Source: an uncultured Nitrososphaerota archaeon
GTDB taxonomy: Archaea; Thermoproteota; Nitrososphaeria; Nitrososphaerales; CADDZS01
Direction of reading: 5' to 3'
Length of the DNA: 64,000 bases
NCBI GenBank assembly: GCA_963799845.1
Contig: CAWCYI010000004.1
Coordinates: forward strand, 1,696,001-1,760,000
The translations under genes and the position numbers were made by a program. The notes beneath the pieces were generated by a model, which worked only from the letters and a program-made list of their open reading frames with translations, did not search any database and was not told the origin of the DNA. Shown in pieces: positions 31,326 to 42,883 of the stretch. Every line of letters begins with the position of its first letter. The first letter of the stretch is position 1.

Positions 31326-31577
31326 TAAAAAAAATCTGGTCTCCAAATGAAGCCGAAGCACGCGATCTGACTGTACCTGAGAGCTAGACACTCAGCGAGA
31401 GTAAATTCCTTAATCGAGCATTCAAGCGTTTTGCAAAAATCAGAGACCGCATCTTAAAAGTGTAAGGAGAGAGCTGCTGGAGACCGAGGTTGAATGTACA
31501 GATAGGTCTTTTCTAACGAGGCTTTCAGCTAAGCACAAGCAATAAGACATCTTAAATCATGTTAGTATTGAAACTGA

Positions 31578-31835
31578 ATGAGCACATTCAAGATAGAAAA
31601 GACCCGAGTCAACGGTGAGAATAAGAGATCAGAAGGAGCAGGGGTGCTCACTTTGGGCCCGAGAGAAAGAGACTGGATAAGAAGTTGGGCTAAAGCCAAG
31701 AAGGCAAACGTTACGATCAATGGTTCCGAAGTTATACTCTCCGGCAATATCACGGTTGAGGACGTCAAGAATTTGAAGTCTTTGCTAAAGGATTACAGAA
31801 AGAGTTCTAACATCGGGTTCGTTGATAGCGTATGA
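31578..31835 (+). CDS. Hypothetical protein
   Basis: 85-aa ORF with ATG start in intergenic space. Confidence 0.5.
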   Translation: MSTFKIEKTRVNGENKRSEGAGVLTLGPRERDWIRSWAKAKKANVTINGSEVILSGNITVEDVKNLKSLLKDYRKSSNIGFVDSV

Positions 31836-31918
31836 GTCTGACAGCTCAAACGCGGGGCCCAACCTTTTTGAAGTCGATTCACTTGAGCTCAGAACTATCT
31901 CCTTGATTGCCCTAAACC

Positions 31919-33949
31919 TTAGTTAACGATAGAAATGCTCGACTCACCATTCGCTTTTGAAACTTTAATCACCTGATCTGCAAAGCTTTCGAGCTCCCTT
32001 TCATGTGACACCAAGATTATTTGAGGACTTTGGATTTCATCCAATATTTCCCTTACCTTCGAAAGCTGTTCTTTTGAAAATCCATCGGTGGGCTCATCCA
32101 AAATCAATAGATTGGACTCCAGACCACTTGATTCTTTCCTCACAACCGAATTTAGTGCCAACCTATATGCCAGAGCGACGCTCGTCTTTTCTCCGCCGCT
32201 CAAATACGAGACTTCCTGATCCAGCCCGTCCTGCTGTATTACTGGAGTAAACTCCTCATCCACCTTCGCCAGCTTCCCCGGATCGTCGACGAGCATCCCA
32301 AACCACTTTTGAAACTGCGCGTTGAACTCCTGGTTGTGGTTCAGCATCACCTGCTTCTCCACCAGTTCCAGAGTGGGCAAAAAGTAATCCTGAACCCAGA
32401 TCAGGTACTCGTTCAACTTGTCTGAGCTTGCTTTCTTCTCCAGCTTTTTCTCGATCGAATCTTTGTAGTCCTTTGTCTGTCTCTCCCAGTCGACGATGTT
32501 TGCTTCTGCGGATGAAATGCTCTTGTCAATTCGCTTGAGATCTTCTTCAGATTTTGTAATCCGGATCTCGACGTTTTGAAGATCGGCGTTCACGCCCTGC
32601 AACTTCTGTATGCTTGCCTTTACAGAGACCATTTCCATGTTTGCTGTTTTCAGAGCGCCATCTGCTTCTTCGAATTTCGACAGCCAGATCCTGACGTTTT
32701 CCTCGTACTCGGAAAGACTCTTCTTCGCATCCTCCAGCCTCGCCTGAGCCATGTCAAACTGAACTTTCTTGTCGAGAACTGTCTTTGAAATCTGGAGTTT
32801 TTCGTTGCAACCCTCCACATTGTCCTGAGTTGCTTTCAGCTCAGTTTCCTTGTGCAAGACAAGATCAGAAAAACCGTGCGGGTCGATAGGCTGGTCACAA
32901 GTCGGGCAAACTCCTTTATCTAGAATGGTTTTGTAATCCGAGAACTTTACACGGATCTGGGTTTCCAAATTCCTGAGCTTCTTCAATTCCTCTTCAAGGT
33001 GTTGTATCTCTTCCTTCAATTCTATCTGGGCAAGCTCTGACGGATTTGCTAGGTTGCTCATCTCCACAATCTTTGGTTGTACAAGTTTGATTCTTGCCCT
33101 GTTGGACGCGAGCTGGGCTTGTGCGTCTTTGATCTCTTTTTCTTTTTCAGCGACCAGTGCAAGAAGAGCATCTGCCTTTCCTGTTTCAGCTTTCAGCACG
33201 AGCTGTTTAGAGCGCAGGTCGTCACGCTTTACCTTTTGTGTGTGGATCAGCTCGTCGACTTGATTTCGTTCAAGATTGAGATTCTCTAGCTCATTCTTTT
33301 TCAAAGCCGTAGATGCCTTTAACTGATCGATCTTTGCTTTCATCGCTTGAACCTCGGACGCCATCGCGGCGAGTTCCTTCCCCCTTGATTTGATTTCGTT
33401 GGAGAGATTTTTCGCATTCTCAGCCGAGGTCTTGTATTCTTCCATGCGGAATGCTTTTCGCAACGTTTGAAGCCTTATGTCAGGACGCAACGTGAGGATT
33501 GCCTTCATCTCCTCTTGCGGTGTGTATATCGCATACCTGTAGATGAAGCTCTGTGCTTTTGGATCAATGGGTTCGTTGAAACCCAGGATCTCTAGAATCT
33601 TCTCTTTCAGCTCAGTGACGGAATACGACTTTGTTCCCTCGTCGGGACTCTTCAGTTTGCAATCATCCTGGTTTATCGAATTCCCCTTCTTCACCAAGTG
33701 GCGATTCACTACGTACTCCTTCCCGCCCGATTCGAAAAAGACGCCGACAAAGCCGTCCTTCTCCCCTGCCCTAAGAAGCGATCCAGCTTTTTCAGAGCCC
33801 AGCCCAAACAGCCCGAACTCGATTGCCATCAGGATTGTTGACTTGCCCGAGCCGATGTCGCCCTCGAACAGAGTCTTTCCGAGCGAAAAATCGATGAGCT
33901 GGTTCTTGTAGCTCCGGATGTTTTCGAGCTTCAGTTTTTTGATGATCAT
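31919..33949 (-). CDS. rad50: DNA double-strand break repair ATPase Rad50
   Basis: GDIGSGKS, coiled coil with CPTC zinc hook, LSGGE, LILDEPT; follows mre11. Confidence 0.93.
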   Translation of the reverse strand: MIIKKLKLENIRSYKNQLIDFSLGKTLFEGDIGSGKSTILMAIEFGLFGLGSEKAGSLLRAGEKDGFVGVFFESGGKEYVVNRHLVKKGNSINQDDCKLKSPDEGTKSYSVTELKEKILEILGFNEPIDPKAQSFIYRYAIYTPQEEMKAILTLRPDIRLQTLRKAFRMEEYKTSAENAKNLSNEIKSRGKELAAMASEVQAMKAKIDQLKASTALKKNELENLNLERNQVDELIHTQKVKRDDLRSKQLVLKAETGKADALLALVAEKEKEIKDAQAQLASNRARIKLVQPKIVEMSNLANPSELAQIELKEEIQHLEEELKKLRNLETQIRVKFSDYKTILDKGVCPTCDQPIDPHGFSDLVLHKETELKATQDNVEGCNEKLQISKTVLDKKVQFDMAQARLEDAKKSLSEYEENVRIWLSKFEEADGALKTANMEMVSVKASIQKLQGVNADLQNVEIRITKSEEDLKRIDKSISSAEANIVDWERQTKDYKDSIEKKLEKKASSDKLNEYLIWVQDYFLPTLELVEKQVMLNHNQEFNAQFQKWFGMLVDDPGKLAKVDEEFTPVIQQDGLDQEVSYLSGGEKTSVALAYRLALNSVVRKESSGLESNLLILDEPTDGFSKEQLSKVREILDEIQSPQIILVSHERELESFADQVIKVSKANGESSISIVN

Positions 33950-35223
33950 TCGGTTTCATCCTCGAACTCTTTCTGGAGCTTCAGCGTTTCGATCCCGGAA
34001 CTGATGATCCGTCCTTGATAATCCCCCTTCGACTCGCCCCCCTTTTGCTGCTGCCTGGTTACTCTCAGCAATTCAATGGCTGAGTGCACCCCCTCCTCTC
34101 CCTTCAGGTTTTGCTGCGAGACCTTGACAGTCCCGATGTTTTCTCTGAAGAGGTTTGACTCTATCTGCGGTTTGTCCTCTCCCGCGATCTTGTTTGCCTC
34201 GTACTCCTTTGATGAGAGGCTGAAGCGGTTGAACTGAAAGTACGCCGCACCTCTAGCGGAAAGCTTACGCCCTAACTCAGAGAAGTCAATGTCGGTCGTT
34301 TTCCCTCCCGCCAATTCTCCTTTTACCCTGACGATTACGACCTTTCCATTGACCTCTAGCTCATCCAGCTTCGTCGCTAGATCTTTCCTTGCCTGATGCG
34401 AATTTTTCCCGGTCACGTCGTATACAAGATAAGCCCCGTTGAATCCCCCGACTTCGACAAACTCTACTTTCTTGACCTTCTCTTCAAACTCGACGATGAA
34501 GAAGCCGCGTTTTGTCCCCCTCGCCGTGTCTTCGATGTCCTTGCCGTAGCCGGTGAACAGAGGCCCGGGAAAGACGATCTTCGGATAACCTGGGAACGTG
34601 AATTCGTCGGTTATGTGGATGTGTCCGCCGGCGTAATAGTCAAACCCCTTTGGAAAATTGGTAATCCGAACCGTCTCCATTTCTGAGAGAAATGAGGGCT
34701 TGAACTCCGAGATTCCGCTGTGAAATGCAAAAATCTTGAATCCCTTCTCCGCTTCAAGCCGCGGTTTGTCGAGCTTCTCGTACAGCTTGCTCTCCAGCCC
34801 TATCCTTCGCGCCGAGATCCCGGCTAGCTTTGCTCCAGTCTTGGGATCTACGACAAACTGGAGTATCACCATCCCTTCTTCATCGACGCGGGCTTTCATT
34901 ACGTTGGTCAGAATGCCCGCAGTGTCAAGGATGTCAATCACCGAAGTCCCGTTGGGCGTGTAGTCGTGGCTCCCGTAGATTGCATAGACCGGAATGTTCG
35001 CTTTTTGCAAGAGGCGAAGGGTTCGTATTGTTTCATTGACGATGGTAAGATCTGGTATGCTGACGTGAAAGATGTCTCCGCAAATAAGGGCGAAATCGAC
35101 ATTGAGCTCGATGCACTTTTCGACCGCGTCCTCGAGTGCCTGCCGCTCCATCTGGCGCAAGATCGGATCACGGAAGGCCCCTAGGTGAATATCTGACATG
35201 TGAGCGAACTTCATGGGATCCAC
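33946..35223 (-). CDS. mre11: DNA repair nuclease Mre11
   Basis: SDIHLG, GDIFH, GSHD, GGHIH. Confidence 0.93.
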   Translation of the reverse strand: MDPMKFAHMSDIHLGAFRDPILRQMERQALEDAVEKCIELNVDFALICGDIFHVSIPDLTIVNETIRTLRLLQKANIPVYAIYGSHDYTPNGTSVIDILDTAGILTNVMKARVDEEGMVILQFVVDPKTGAKLAGISARRIGLESKLYEKLDKPRLEAEKGFKIFAFHSGISEFKPSFLSEMETVRITNFPKGFDYYAGGHIHITDEFTFPGYPKIVFPGPLFTGYGKDIEDTARGTKRGFFIVEFEEKVKKVEFVEVGGFNGAYLVYDVTGKNSHQARKDLATKLDELEVNGKVVIVRVKGELAGGKTTDIDFSELGRKLSARGAAYFQFNRFSLSSKEYEANKIAGEDKPQIESNLFRENIGTVKVSQQNLKGEEGVHSAIELLRVTRQQQKGGESKGDYQGRIISSGIETLKLQKEFEDETE

Positions 35224-36804
35224 TTACAGGGAGAATTTTTCTTTGCTCAGGTCAAAGGGATCGTTCTGGGTATTTTTCTTCGCATCGGCAACTATTGTCT
35301 CAAACAAAGGCGTGTAAATTGGTACCGCAAATTTCGTAAAGATGCTGCTGACTATCGCCTCCCCTTTGTCGAGACTTGCTATCGTCCTGTCCTCGTCAGA
35401 GAGATCCTGTGCCGAGCTTTCCATCACGGCGTGGCGCTCCGCAACCATCTCGTTTCCCAGAATGATTTTCGTGTTCATGTTTGTCAATACCATCTGCGGG
35501 ATGACACTCGTTAGCTGGGTAATTGCGACGAGCCCAACCTTGAACTTTCTTCCTTCTCGGGCGATGGTGCTGTAAATATTTGAGCTCTGCTCTATAGCTT
35601 CGGCTGAAAGTACCCTAGGCGCTTCTTCTATTACTATGCTCACCGGAGCTATCTGACTCAACTTGCCTTCGGCTTTAGCTTTCCTGTGTCCGTAGAATAT
35701 TTCATTGGAAATGATGCTCCCGATGATGAGTTCCGCGTCGTCGCTCAACCGCGAGGTATCAATTACAACAATCTTGCCGGCTTCAAGCGATTTGGTGATC
35801 TCTCCGATCGTTGCTCTGCCGGCGTCGGTTGAGAAAATTTCCATGTCGCAGAGGATCTGACCATTGCTTGCGCTGACTCCAAGGGTCTTGCGGAATTTCC
35901 TCTGCAAAACCTGCAGCGTCCTAGGAGTAGTGCCCTCTACTGCGGCGCCAAGAATGAGCTGCTCCAGCCAATGATTCTTGTATGTCTTGTAATAACCGGC
36001 GATCGCATCCTGCTGCGCGTCCGAGAAAGAAATTATCCCATCAAAGTGACCCGGCTCGAGCGTCTCGAGGTTTACCACGAGTGTGTTTTTCCCAGTGACG
36101 GCATCCGAAGAATAATACACCAGGTTCTTGTTCGCCTTTGCATGATCCTTGAGCCCGATTCCATCCCGCCCGTAATATTCGTCGTGCGGATCTAGAACAA
36201 GAATCCCTACCTTCCCGACATCCATCAAACTCCAGAGGATAACCTTCAGCAAGTTGCTCTTACCCCTGCCCGTTGTTGCAGGAATGAGGATGTGGTGGGT
36301 GAAAGCATCGTCCCCGTTCAGGTACACCTTGACTTCGAGTATTTTTGAGCCGCTTCTAACCTGCCCTAAGTAAACAGGATTCTTTGGTGGAACTGAGAGA
36401 AAGGCTAGATCCTTTTCCGTTGCAAATCTCATCGAAGAGAAAAATGCAGGCATAACCTTTGGTATCTTTACCTGATCTCTATTTCTGAAAACTTTGGCGA
36501 TCGGCTTCACCGAAGCGCAGACGTAATTTCGGAGTTTCGGATCCATAAAATCAACTCCAGATGAATAACCCTCGAGCTTCAGTCCCGCTGCAAGTTCTCT
36601 TACCGACCCGGGTATCTGGCTCCCATACTGAAGATCGTTTACCTTGAGTATCAGATAGCTGTCGTCGTCCGAATCAGCGACGAGTAAATCACCGAGCTCG
36701 ATGTTCTGGTCGCTTTTCTGCCTCACTAGAATGCTCGCGACATTTCCACCGACTACTTGCCCGGCTATTTCCATCATTTTTCCGTCTTGCATTTTTTCCA
36801 CCAA
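35224..36804 (-). CDS. herA: Bipolar DNA helicase/translocase HerA
   Basis: HAS-barrel N-terminus, [26 protein letters not shown]. Confidence 0.92.
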   Translation of the reverse strand: MVEKMQDGKMMEIAGQVVGGNVASILVRQKSDQNIELGDLLVADSDDDSYLILKVNDLQYGSQIPGSVRELAAGLKLEGYSSGVDFMDPKLRNYVCASVKPIAKVFRNRDQVKIPKVMPAFFSSMRFATEKDLAFLSVPPKNPVYLGQVRSGSKILEVKVYLNGDDAFTHHILIPATTGRGKSNLLKVILWSLMDVGKVGILVLDPHDEYYGRDGIGLKDHAKANKNLVYYSSDAVTGKNTLVVNLETLEPGHFDGIISFSDAQQDAIAGYYKTYKNHWLEQLILGAAVEGTTPRTLQVLQRKFRKTLGVSASNGQILCDMEIFSTDAGRATIGEITKSLEAGKIVVIDTSRLSDDAELIIGSIISNEIFYGHRKAKAEGKLSQIAPVSIVIEEAPRVLSAEAIEQSSNIYSTIAREGRKFKVGLVAITQLTSVIPQMVLTNMNTKIILGNEMVAERHAVMESSAQDLSDEDRTIASLDKGEAIVSSIFTKFAVPIYTPLFETIVADAKKNTQNDPFDLSKEKFSL

Positions 36805-37908
36805 CTAGAATCCAGCTATGGTATTCAGAACGTCATGCGCGTCTCCCGCTCTGATGTGGGAAACAAACCTTCCCTGTCTATTCAAACTGGAAATCTGGGA
36901 AGAGACCAACGCACGATAATAATCAATCTCATTTTCTGACACTCGTGAAAACAAATCGGCGTCAATAGACCCATAGGGATAACCGGGGAACGTCGGATCG
37001 GAAGCGTTAGAGCAAAGGAGATTCAGAATCTCGTCCAGTTTATCTTCGCTGAGCTGCTTGAACTGATCGAGCTGGAAATCCAATCGGAAAACCCAGTCTG
37101 AGACAGACTTTAACTTGACAACGAGGCCGAATACATGATGTTTACGCGATTCGAAGATAGGATGAAACCATTCACCATTCATGTTTTCGTTGTTTGCAAA
37201 CTGGCTGATTGCACCTAGAAGAGATAGTCCTGAATCCGTAAAGAGCATGCTCGTCTTTGAAAGACTCGTAAGAATTACCCCGTGTTTTTGGGTGGTCTCT
37301 TCCAGATTTCGAAAGTACTTCCCCTCGTTCTGAAACTGAGTCTGAAGAGTACCATCCAATACAATGACATCATCTGGGTTCAGTAATTCGGCTACCTTTT
37401 CTGCAAATTTCCATTCCGCAAAATTTCTGGCGATTGAGGCAACCCTCGATGTACTAGCTCTATAGTTTCCGTATTCGATATTATGCTCGGAATAGCGGAC
37501 CACGCTGCCCGATAGATCGGGAAGAAGTGAGGAAAACTCGGGGGCGCTGGGCACTATCATCGTTTCGAAGACGATTTCATCATCCTTGATAGTAGAAAAA
37601 ATTGCGGAAAAAAATTCTATCTGCGGAACTTTCAATCCATTCTGTCGCTTATTGTCTTTCCAGATGCACGCATAAATCCTGTTAAGCTGGACAGAGAAAT
37701 TCGGCGCGCCCAGGAGTTCCAGGTTTCCTCCGTCAACGAAAGCAACCTGTCGATCGCTCTTGATCGGTTTGATTGGTAGAAAAGATTCTTTCTTGAAGGG
37801 AAAGGCAATTACATCGGGATCCCTGAAGTAAGGATTCCCCAACGGTCTATCTCCCATTTTCGAATCCAACCTTGAAATGATTTCTTTCGCCGCTTCGAGA
37901 CTCAACAA
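36805..37908 (-). CDS. nurA: 5'-3' nuclease NurA
   Basis: FVDGG, VLDG, LSK, PGYPYG..AD. Confidence 0.88.
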   Translation of the reverse strand: MLSLEAAKEIISRLDSKMGDRPLGNPYFRDPDVIAFPFKKESFLPIKPIKSDRQVAFVDGGNLELLGAPNFSVQLNRIYACIWKDNKRQNGLKVPQIEFFSAIFSTIKDDEIVFETMIVPSAPEFSSLLPDLSGSVVRYSEHNIEYGNYRASTSRVASIARNFAEWKFAEKVAELLNPDDVIVLDGTLQTQFQNEGKYFRNLEETTQKHGVILTSLSKTSMLFTDSGLSLLGAISQFANNENMNGEWFHPIFESRKHHVFGLVVKLKSVSDWVFRLDFQLDQFKQLSEDKLDEILNLLCSNASDPTFPGYPYGSIDADLFSRVSENEIDYYRALVSSQISSLNRQGRFVSHIRAGDAHDVLNTIAGF

Positions 37909-38145
37909 CTACACCAGAATTATTCCGTTTCAGAAAACCGTGCGACCGACTTTCATTCACTTGATTCTTTTAAACCATACAGATAATTTTTGGATTTGTG
38001 ACTTTTATCATCTGTCAAGGTTCATCCCGAGCAGAGCAAACCTCGGCTACTTACCTCCAAGAATCTGATCGCAGGTATGGGAATACCCAGAGACTTACCG
38101 CGCATCTGTCTTAAATAAGATCAGTAATATCCGAAGAAAACTACC

Positions 38146-39283
38146 TTGTCGACCAAATCTGAATTTGATAATTCAAAGATTCAATCATTTGCCTCCCGCA
38201 TGATATCTATCCTGAATGATGGTTTCCTGTGTTTGATGATAAGCATTGGTCACAGAACTGGATTGTTCGATGTCATGGCAAGCTTGCCGCCGATGTCAAG
38301 CGAGCAGATTGCCAACAAGGCGAAGCTCGACGAGCGATATGTTCGCGAATGGTTAGCCTGCATGGTCACGGGGCGAATTGTAGAATACGAGTTCCATTCA
38401 GGAACGTATAAGCTTCCTCCTGAGCACGCTGCCAGTCTCACTCGTACCGCGGGGCTTGCTAATCTCGGATCCTCCTCACAGCTTGTTTCTTTTTTGGGAA
38501 ACGTTGAGGATCAAGTTATCGAGTGTTTCCGCGAGGGTGGTGGAGTTCCCTACACAGCATATCCCAAATTGCAGACATACATGGCAGAATCAAGCGTCCG
38601 AATTCATGACGCGAAGTTGATTGATGTAATCCTCCCACTGATTCCGGGGTGCACTGATCGCCTAAAAGAAGGAGTCGACGTTCTGGATGTTGGATGTGGT
38701 TCGGGACACGCCATTAATCTAATGGCTCGAGCTTTCCCAAAAAGTAGTTTCGTTGGTTACGATATGTCAAGAGAGGGAATAGCAGCAGGAAGGTCGGAAG
38801 CCAAACGGCTTGGACTATCGAACGCCAAATTCGCAATTAAGGACATTGCAACATTGAATGAGTTCAGATCCTTTGATTTGATTACAGCTTTCGATTCAAT
38901 TCACGACCAGGCAAGGCCAACTAAGATCTTGAAAGCAATTTCCAAAGCTCTTCGAACGGACGGCGTCTTTTTCATGGTAGAAAACAAATCTTCCAGCAAC
39001 CTCGAAGAAAACCTTGACCATCCCGTTGCACCAATGCAGTACGCCGCCTCGACTATGCACTGCATGACTGTCTCATTCAGCTTATGGTGGAGAAGGACTC
39101 GGAAACATGTGGGGCGAGCAGATGGCACGCAAGAAACTGAAACGAGCGGGATTCAACTCCATTGACGTTAGGCAAGTTGAAGGCGATATTTTGCATAACT
39201 ATTTCGTAGCCTCAAAGAGGCGAACTTCGCCACGTTTCGACGAGATTCTGATGACGACTGTCAATCGTTCTCCCATAACCTAG
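38146..39283 (+). CDS. SAM-dependent methyltransferase with N-terminal wHTH (Rv2258c-like; one extra base near 39078)
   Basis: GHRTGLF, ERYVREWL, VLDVGCGSG, FDSIHD; CMTVS continues as (L)AYGGEGLGNMWG in the shifted frame; span 1138 = 3n+1. Confidence 0.9.
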
Positions 39284-39423
39284 CTACCAGGTACCGAATG
39301 AAGCCCAACAGTGAAAAAATGACTAATCAATCAAACCCAGACTAAGAGCTCGTCCTCCTCCAAACTGTAAAAGAAGGCTGACCGTTTGTTGGTTATCATT
39401 TTGGAAGACTCTGTAATTTCTGA

Positions 39424-41103
39424 CTATCGTCCCGGAGACTCTAGTCCAGACTTTGGGATTTCCGTTGAAATGGTAGAAGAATCCTGAGTGAGTTCCGGAG
39501 GTCGCTCCGTTCCGGATTCATTTATTCCGCCGGTTGCGGTCGGATTTCCTTTGGGAAGCCGTCCTTTTAGAAACAATGCGAAGACCAGTGCTACGACAAG
39601 TAACACTACCATCACGACGAAAACTTGGTCGTACGATTGTACCAGAGATACTTCTAGTGAGCTGAGATAGCTACCGCACAAAGGAATTTGCGGCGTTGGT
39701 GACAGACAAGAGACGTTGGGCAACGGATCGAGTACAGCGAACCGGGTGGCTTGCAGTGATGCGAGTACCGACAATCCGACTGCGCCGCCTAAGGACTGAA
39801 GAAATTGGATCATCCCTCCAGCTTCGCCGACGTCCGCGGATCTTACCTGATTCTGTGCAGCCAAAAGAAACACCGGGAAAGTCAAGCCGATCCCGAACCC
39901 GAGAGGGAGCAATGGCAAAATTATTCCGCCTACAGGGATCACATCGAAAATGAACTTCCAAAGTGGAGTCGTTGCTGATAGGTTGGTCAGCCCAGCCATT
40001 CCGACGAGCCCGATGATCATGCCGATTATTGTGACAGTTCTGTACGAGAGCCGAGTGAGTAGCTGACCTCCAAGAGCCGCTCCTATCACAAGAGGTATGA
40101 CGAGGAAGTAGAGGATGTCCCGAACGGTCGCTGAAGAATTGGAGCCCGGTGCGAGTACGATTCCGACCACGAGCGAGAGAAAAGTCGCCACGGGGAAGAA
40201 GACCATACCTATGAAGAAAGTAGATCCGCCTCCCGCCCACATGACGCGATTTTTCAAAAGGCTGACCGGAACGATTGGATTTTCTGCACGAAGTTCCCAG
40301 ATCACAAAAACCACGATAAGCGCCGACCCGAGCCCGAGCAACCCAACTACTCGCGAGTCGGTCCACGCCCAACCACTGTCTGCAATGCCGTACAGTGGAT
40401 ACATGATGGAGGCCACCCATCCAACAAGAAGACACGTGCCTATGGCGTCAAATTTCCGTGTAAATTCAGGACGCAGGGGTCCAAGTGTAGCAAGGATGAT
40501 CGCAAACCCGGCGATCCCAATCGGGATATTCACATAGAACACCCAACGCCAAGTGGTATACTGCACAATTGCGCTGCCGATCAATGGCCCTGCCACCACC
40601 GCAATGCCGAAAACCCCCGACAGGGCTCCAATCACCCGGGCCCTAGTCTTGGGGGGAAACACGACCGCGACGATAGCAATTCCTACAGGAAAGAAACCAC
40701 CGCTGCCGAAACCTTGGATGGCCCGGAAGAAGATAAGCTCCGTAAGATTCTGGCTCAGACCTGCAAGGACGGATCCCACCATAAACACTGCCAAGCTCCC
40801 GAGGAAGACATTTCGGCGGCTCCAAAGATCCGAGAGCTTGGCAAAGATCGGGATCGCTGCAGTGGTCGCGATAACATAGGCGCTGATTATGAAAGTACCG
40901 CTGTCGGGGCTATGAAACTGCGTTAAGATGATGGGCAGTGCTGTCAGGACGACAAATTCATCCAACGCACCCATCAAGAGAGCAAGAAGGATCCCCACGG
41001 TGATTAACAGCTCAGTTCTCGGAGAGGGTGCCGTTTGGGACACCCCCGTTGAGGGAGATGCCACCGAATTTTCAGAAGACGAAACTTTCAAAACGTCCGT
41101 CAA
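39424..41103 (-). CDS. DHA2 (14-TM) MFS drug/H+ antiporter
   Basis: GALDEFVV..ALP, KLSD, FRAIQGFG, GPLIG...WRWVFYVNIPIG. Confidence 0.9.
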   Translation of the reverse strand: MTDVLKVSSSENSVASPSTGVSQTAPSPRTELLITVGILLALLMGALDEFVVLTALPIILTQFHSPDSGTFIISAYVIATTAAIPIFAKLSDLWSRRNVFLGSLAVFMVGSVLAGLSQNLTELIFFRAIQGFGSGGFFPVGIAIVAVVFPPKTRARVIGALSGVFGIAVVAGPLIGSAIVQYTTWRWVFYVNIPIGIAGFAIILATLGPLRPEFTRKFDAIGTCLLVGWVASIMYPLYGIADSGWAWTDSRVVGLLGLGSALIVVFVIWELRAENPIVPVSLLKNRVMWAGGGSTFFIGMVFFPVATFLSLVVGIVLAPGSNSSATVRDILYFLVIPLVIGAALGGQLLTRLSYRTVTIIGMIIGLVGMAGLTNLSATTPLWKFIFDVIPVGGIILPLLPLGFGIGLTFPVFLLAAQNQVRSADVGEAGGMIQFLQSLGGAVGLSVLASLQATRFAVLDPLPNVSCLSPTPQIPLCGSYLSSLEVSLVQSYDQVFVVMVVLLVVALVFALFLKGRLPKGNPTATGGINESGTERPPELTQDSSTISTEIPKSGLESPGR

Positions 41104-41299
41104 GTATACGGGCTCTCTTCGATTTTCCGTTCTAATAATTACGATTCGAAATGTCCTGGGTAACTTAGATCTTTACTCGGACATTGGAAAGAAGCAGGTG
41201 AGTATTGAATGCCTTAACTCGTCTCATGGAACCTTCGGAGATTTCATTTAGTTTTGCGACGTCGAGCATGACAATATAGTACATCCAATATATAACACA

Positions 41300-41315
41300 C
41301 GATATAACTATATCG
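41300..41315. promoter_or_regulatory. Inverted repeat CGATATA-AC-TATATCG, candidate operator
   Basis: Seen directly, about 200 bp upstream of the MFS gene. Confidence 0.35.
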
Positions 41316-41444
41316 CAGTCATGGCTCCCCCATTGGAGTTTGATTCCAAAGTCCATTTCTGGGCGATCGCACTTTATCTTCGCGGTTCAAATCATGAGGG
41401 ATAGTCAATCTCCTTCACTGACATCAATGGATTCTTGAGGCCCT

Positions 41445-41813
41445 TTATACTCTAATTAGAATACTGTTATCTACAACCTTGATCTCGTATGCCTTAAGAT
41501 CAGTTGCTCTCCTTCTCGTTGCAAGCCTCAGTAGTGCAGTTACATCCTTGGCAACTTTTCCTGTATCTAGATCGAATTCAGCCTTGTGGACGGGACAGAC
41601 CACCCTGTTTTCTTTCAGCTGGCCTTTTGGAAGATATCCAAAATAATGCGAGCAGATTGCGTCAATCGCGTAGTATTTGTTTCCAATTCGAGAGATCAGG
41701 ATTTGTTTTCCGATAACCGTAACTCCGATCATCGAAGCGTCCGGGACATCCCTCACTTTCGCAACTTCGATGAAAGTATCTTCTCGATCGGCTTGTTCAG
41801 GTTCCTTAGACAT
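41445..41813 (-). CDS. Rieske [2Fe-2S] ferredoxin
   Basis: CSH...CPVH...FDLDTG. Confidence 0.9.
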   Translation of the reverse strand: MSKEPEQADREDTFIEVAKVRDVPDASMIGVTVIGKQILISRIGNKYYAIDAICSHYFGYLPKGQLKENRVVCPVHKAEFDLDTGKVAKDVTALLRLATRRRATDLKAYEIKVVDNSILIRV

Positions 41814-42064
41814 ATTATTCGAAGCCCAGCTGTTTTTTAGGCATACCAATATGCGAAAGAAACTCGGTTATTCGCAAATCTGATTTGATAACAGAATTTG
41901 TATGCATTTGACAGTTCTTCGAAGTTCAGCTGATTGTCTGATATAACTGTATTGGTCGTCCAATAAGTCTTAATACAGGATAGAACTCGAAAATATGTCT
42001 GAGAGCTAATGGTGCGATATTCACCGAACGACCAATTTTCACTTGAGAGCGGTGTCTCAGAAAC

Positions 42065-42352
42065 TTGAAAAAGTCATTTCTTGCGCTGGGAATTGTAGGC
42101 ATTATTTTCGTATTTTCCGGGGCGGTTTCAGCACTTCAAGGAGACGGGATGATTGGAGGTTCTCCAATGACAGGTAATCCGTTTTGGATTTACGCAGGAT
42201 CAGGAATTGCTATAGTTGGAGCGATAATTGCTCTTGTTGGCTTCATCCTCGGTTCAAAAAGTCGAATCTCATCGAAAACTGTCGAAGATGAAACCGCTTC
42301 TAAGATGGAAGGAGAGTCGGACACGAAATCTCCGTCCCAGACAAAGAAGTAA
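42065..42352 (+). CDS. Small 2-TM protein (LQGxG...GSxMxG...W family)
   Basis: Paralog of 63022..63294. Confidence 0.75.
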   Translation: MKKSFLALGIVGIIFVFSGAVSALQGDGMIGGSPMTGNPFWIYAGSGIAIVGAIIALVGFILGSKSRISSKTVEDETASKMEGESDTKSPSQTKK

Positions 42353-42883
42353 TTAATTTAGAAAATGGTCAAACGTTATAGGGCTGGCAAACTATCCCTC
42401 AGTTATGCAAACTGTTTTCCTAATGGCAATCTAGCTGTCAAGCATTCCAATCAACAGCCGCCGTTCTGCTTTTCTCAAATGCTCTACCAAAGTTGAGCTG
42501 ACCACATCTAACTTCTTAGCCAACTGTTCAGAATTGATCTTGCGAGGGAGATCATAGTATCCCTGCTTGTACGCTGCAATCAAGATTTTTCTCTGCTTTT
42601 CTGTAAGGCGGCTTAAGGGAGACTCTTGGGAGTACTTTGCGTCAGTGAGACTGACTATTTTATGACGAACCCTCATGATCTCCGTGCGATGAAGGAACCT
42701 CTTAACTTGGACTAGGTTGCCAAGAAAGGTTATCCTGAGCTTTCCCTCTTTGATTTCGAATGGAACTATGAGATATCCACCAATCTTTCCCATGCCAAAA
42801 GGAGGAGATTCCACATTCGACTGCTTCGCCCTAAAGTATACTGTGTAGGCTCCTTCCTTTTCACGCTCAAGGACTTGCATTTC

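Noticed and set aside
35224-37908. HerA/NurA as a novel anti-phage system
   Set aside because: They are in an operon with mre11 and rad50, the canonical repair context.
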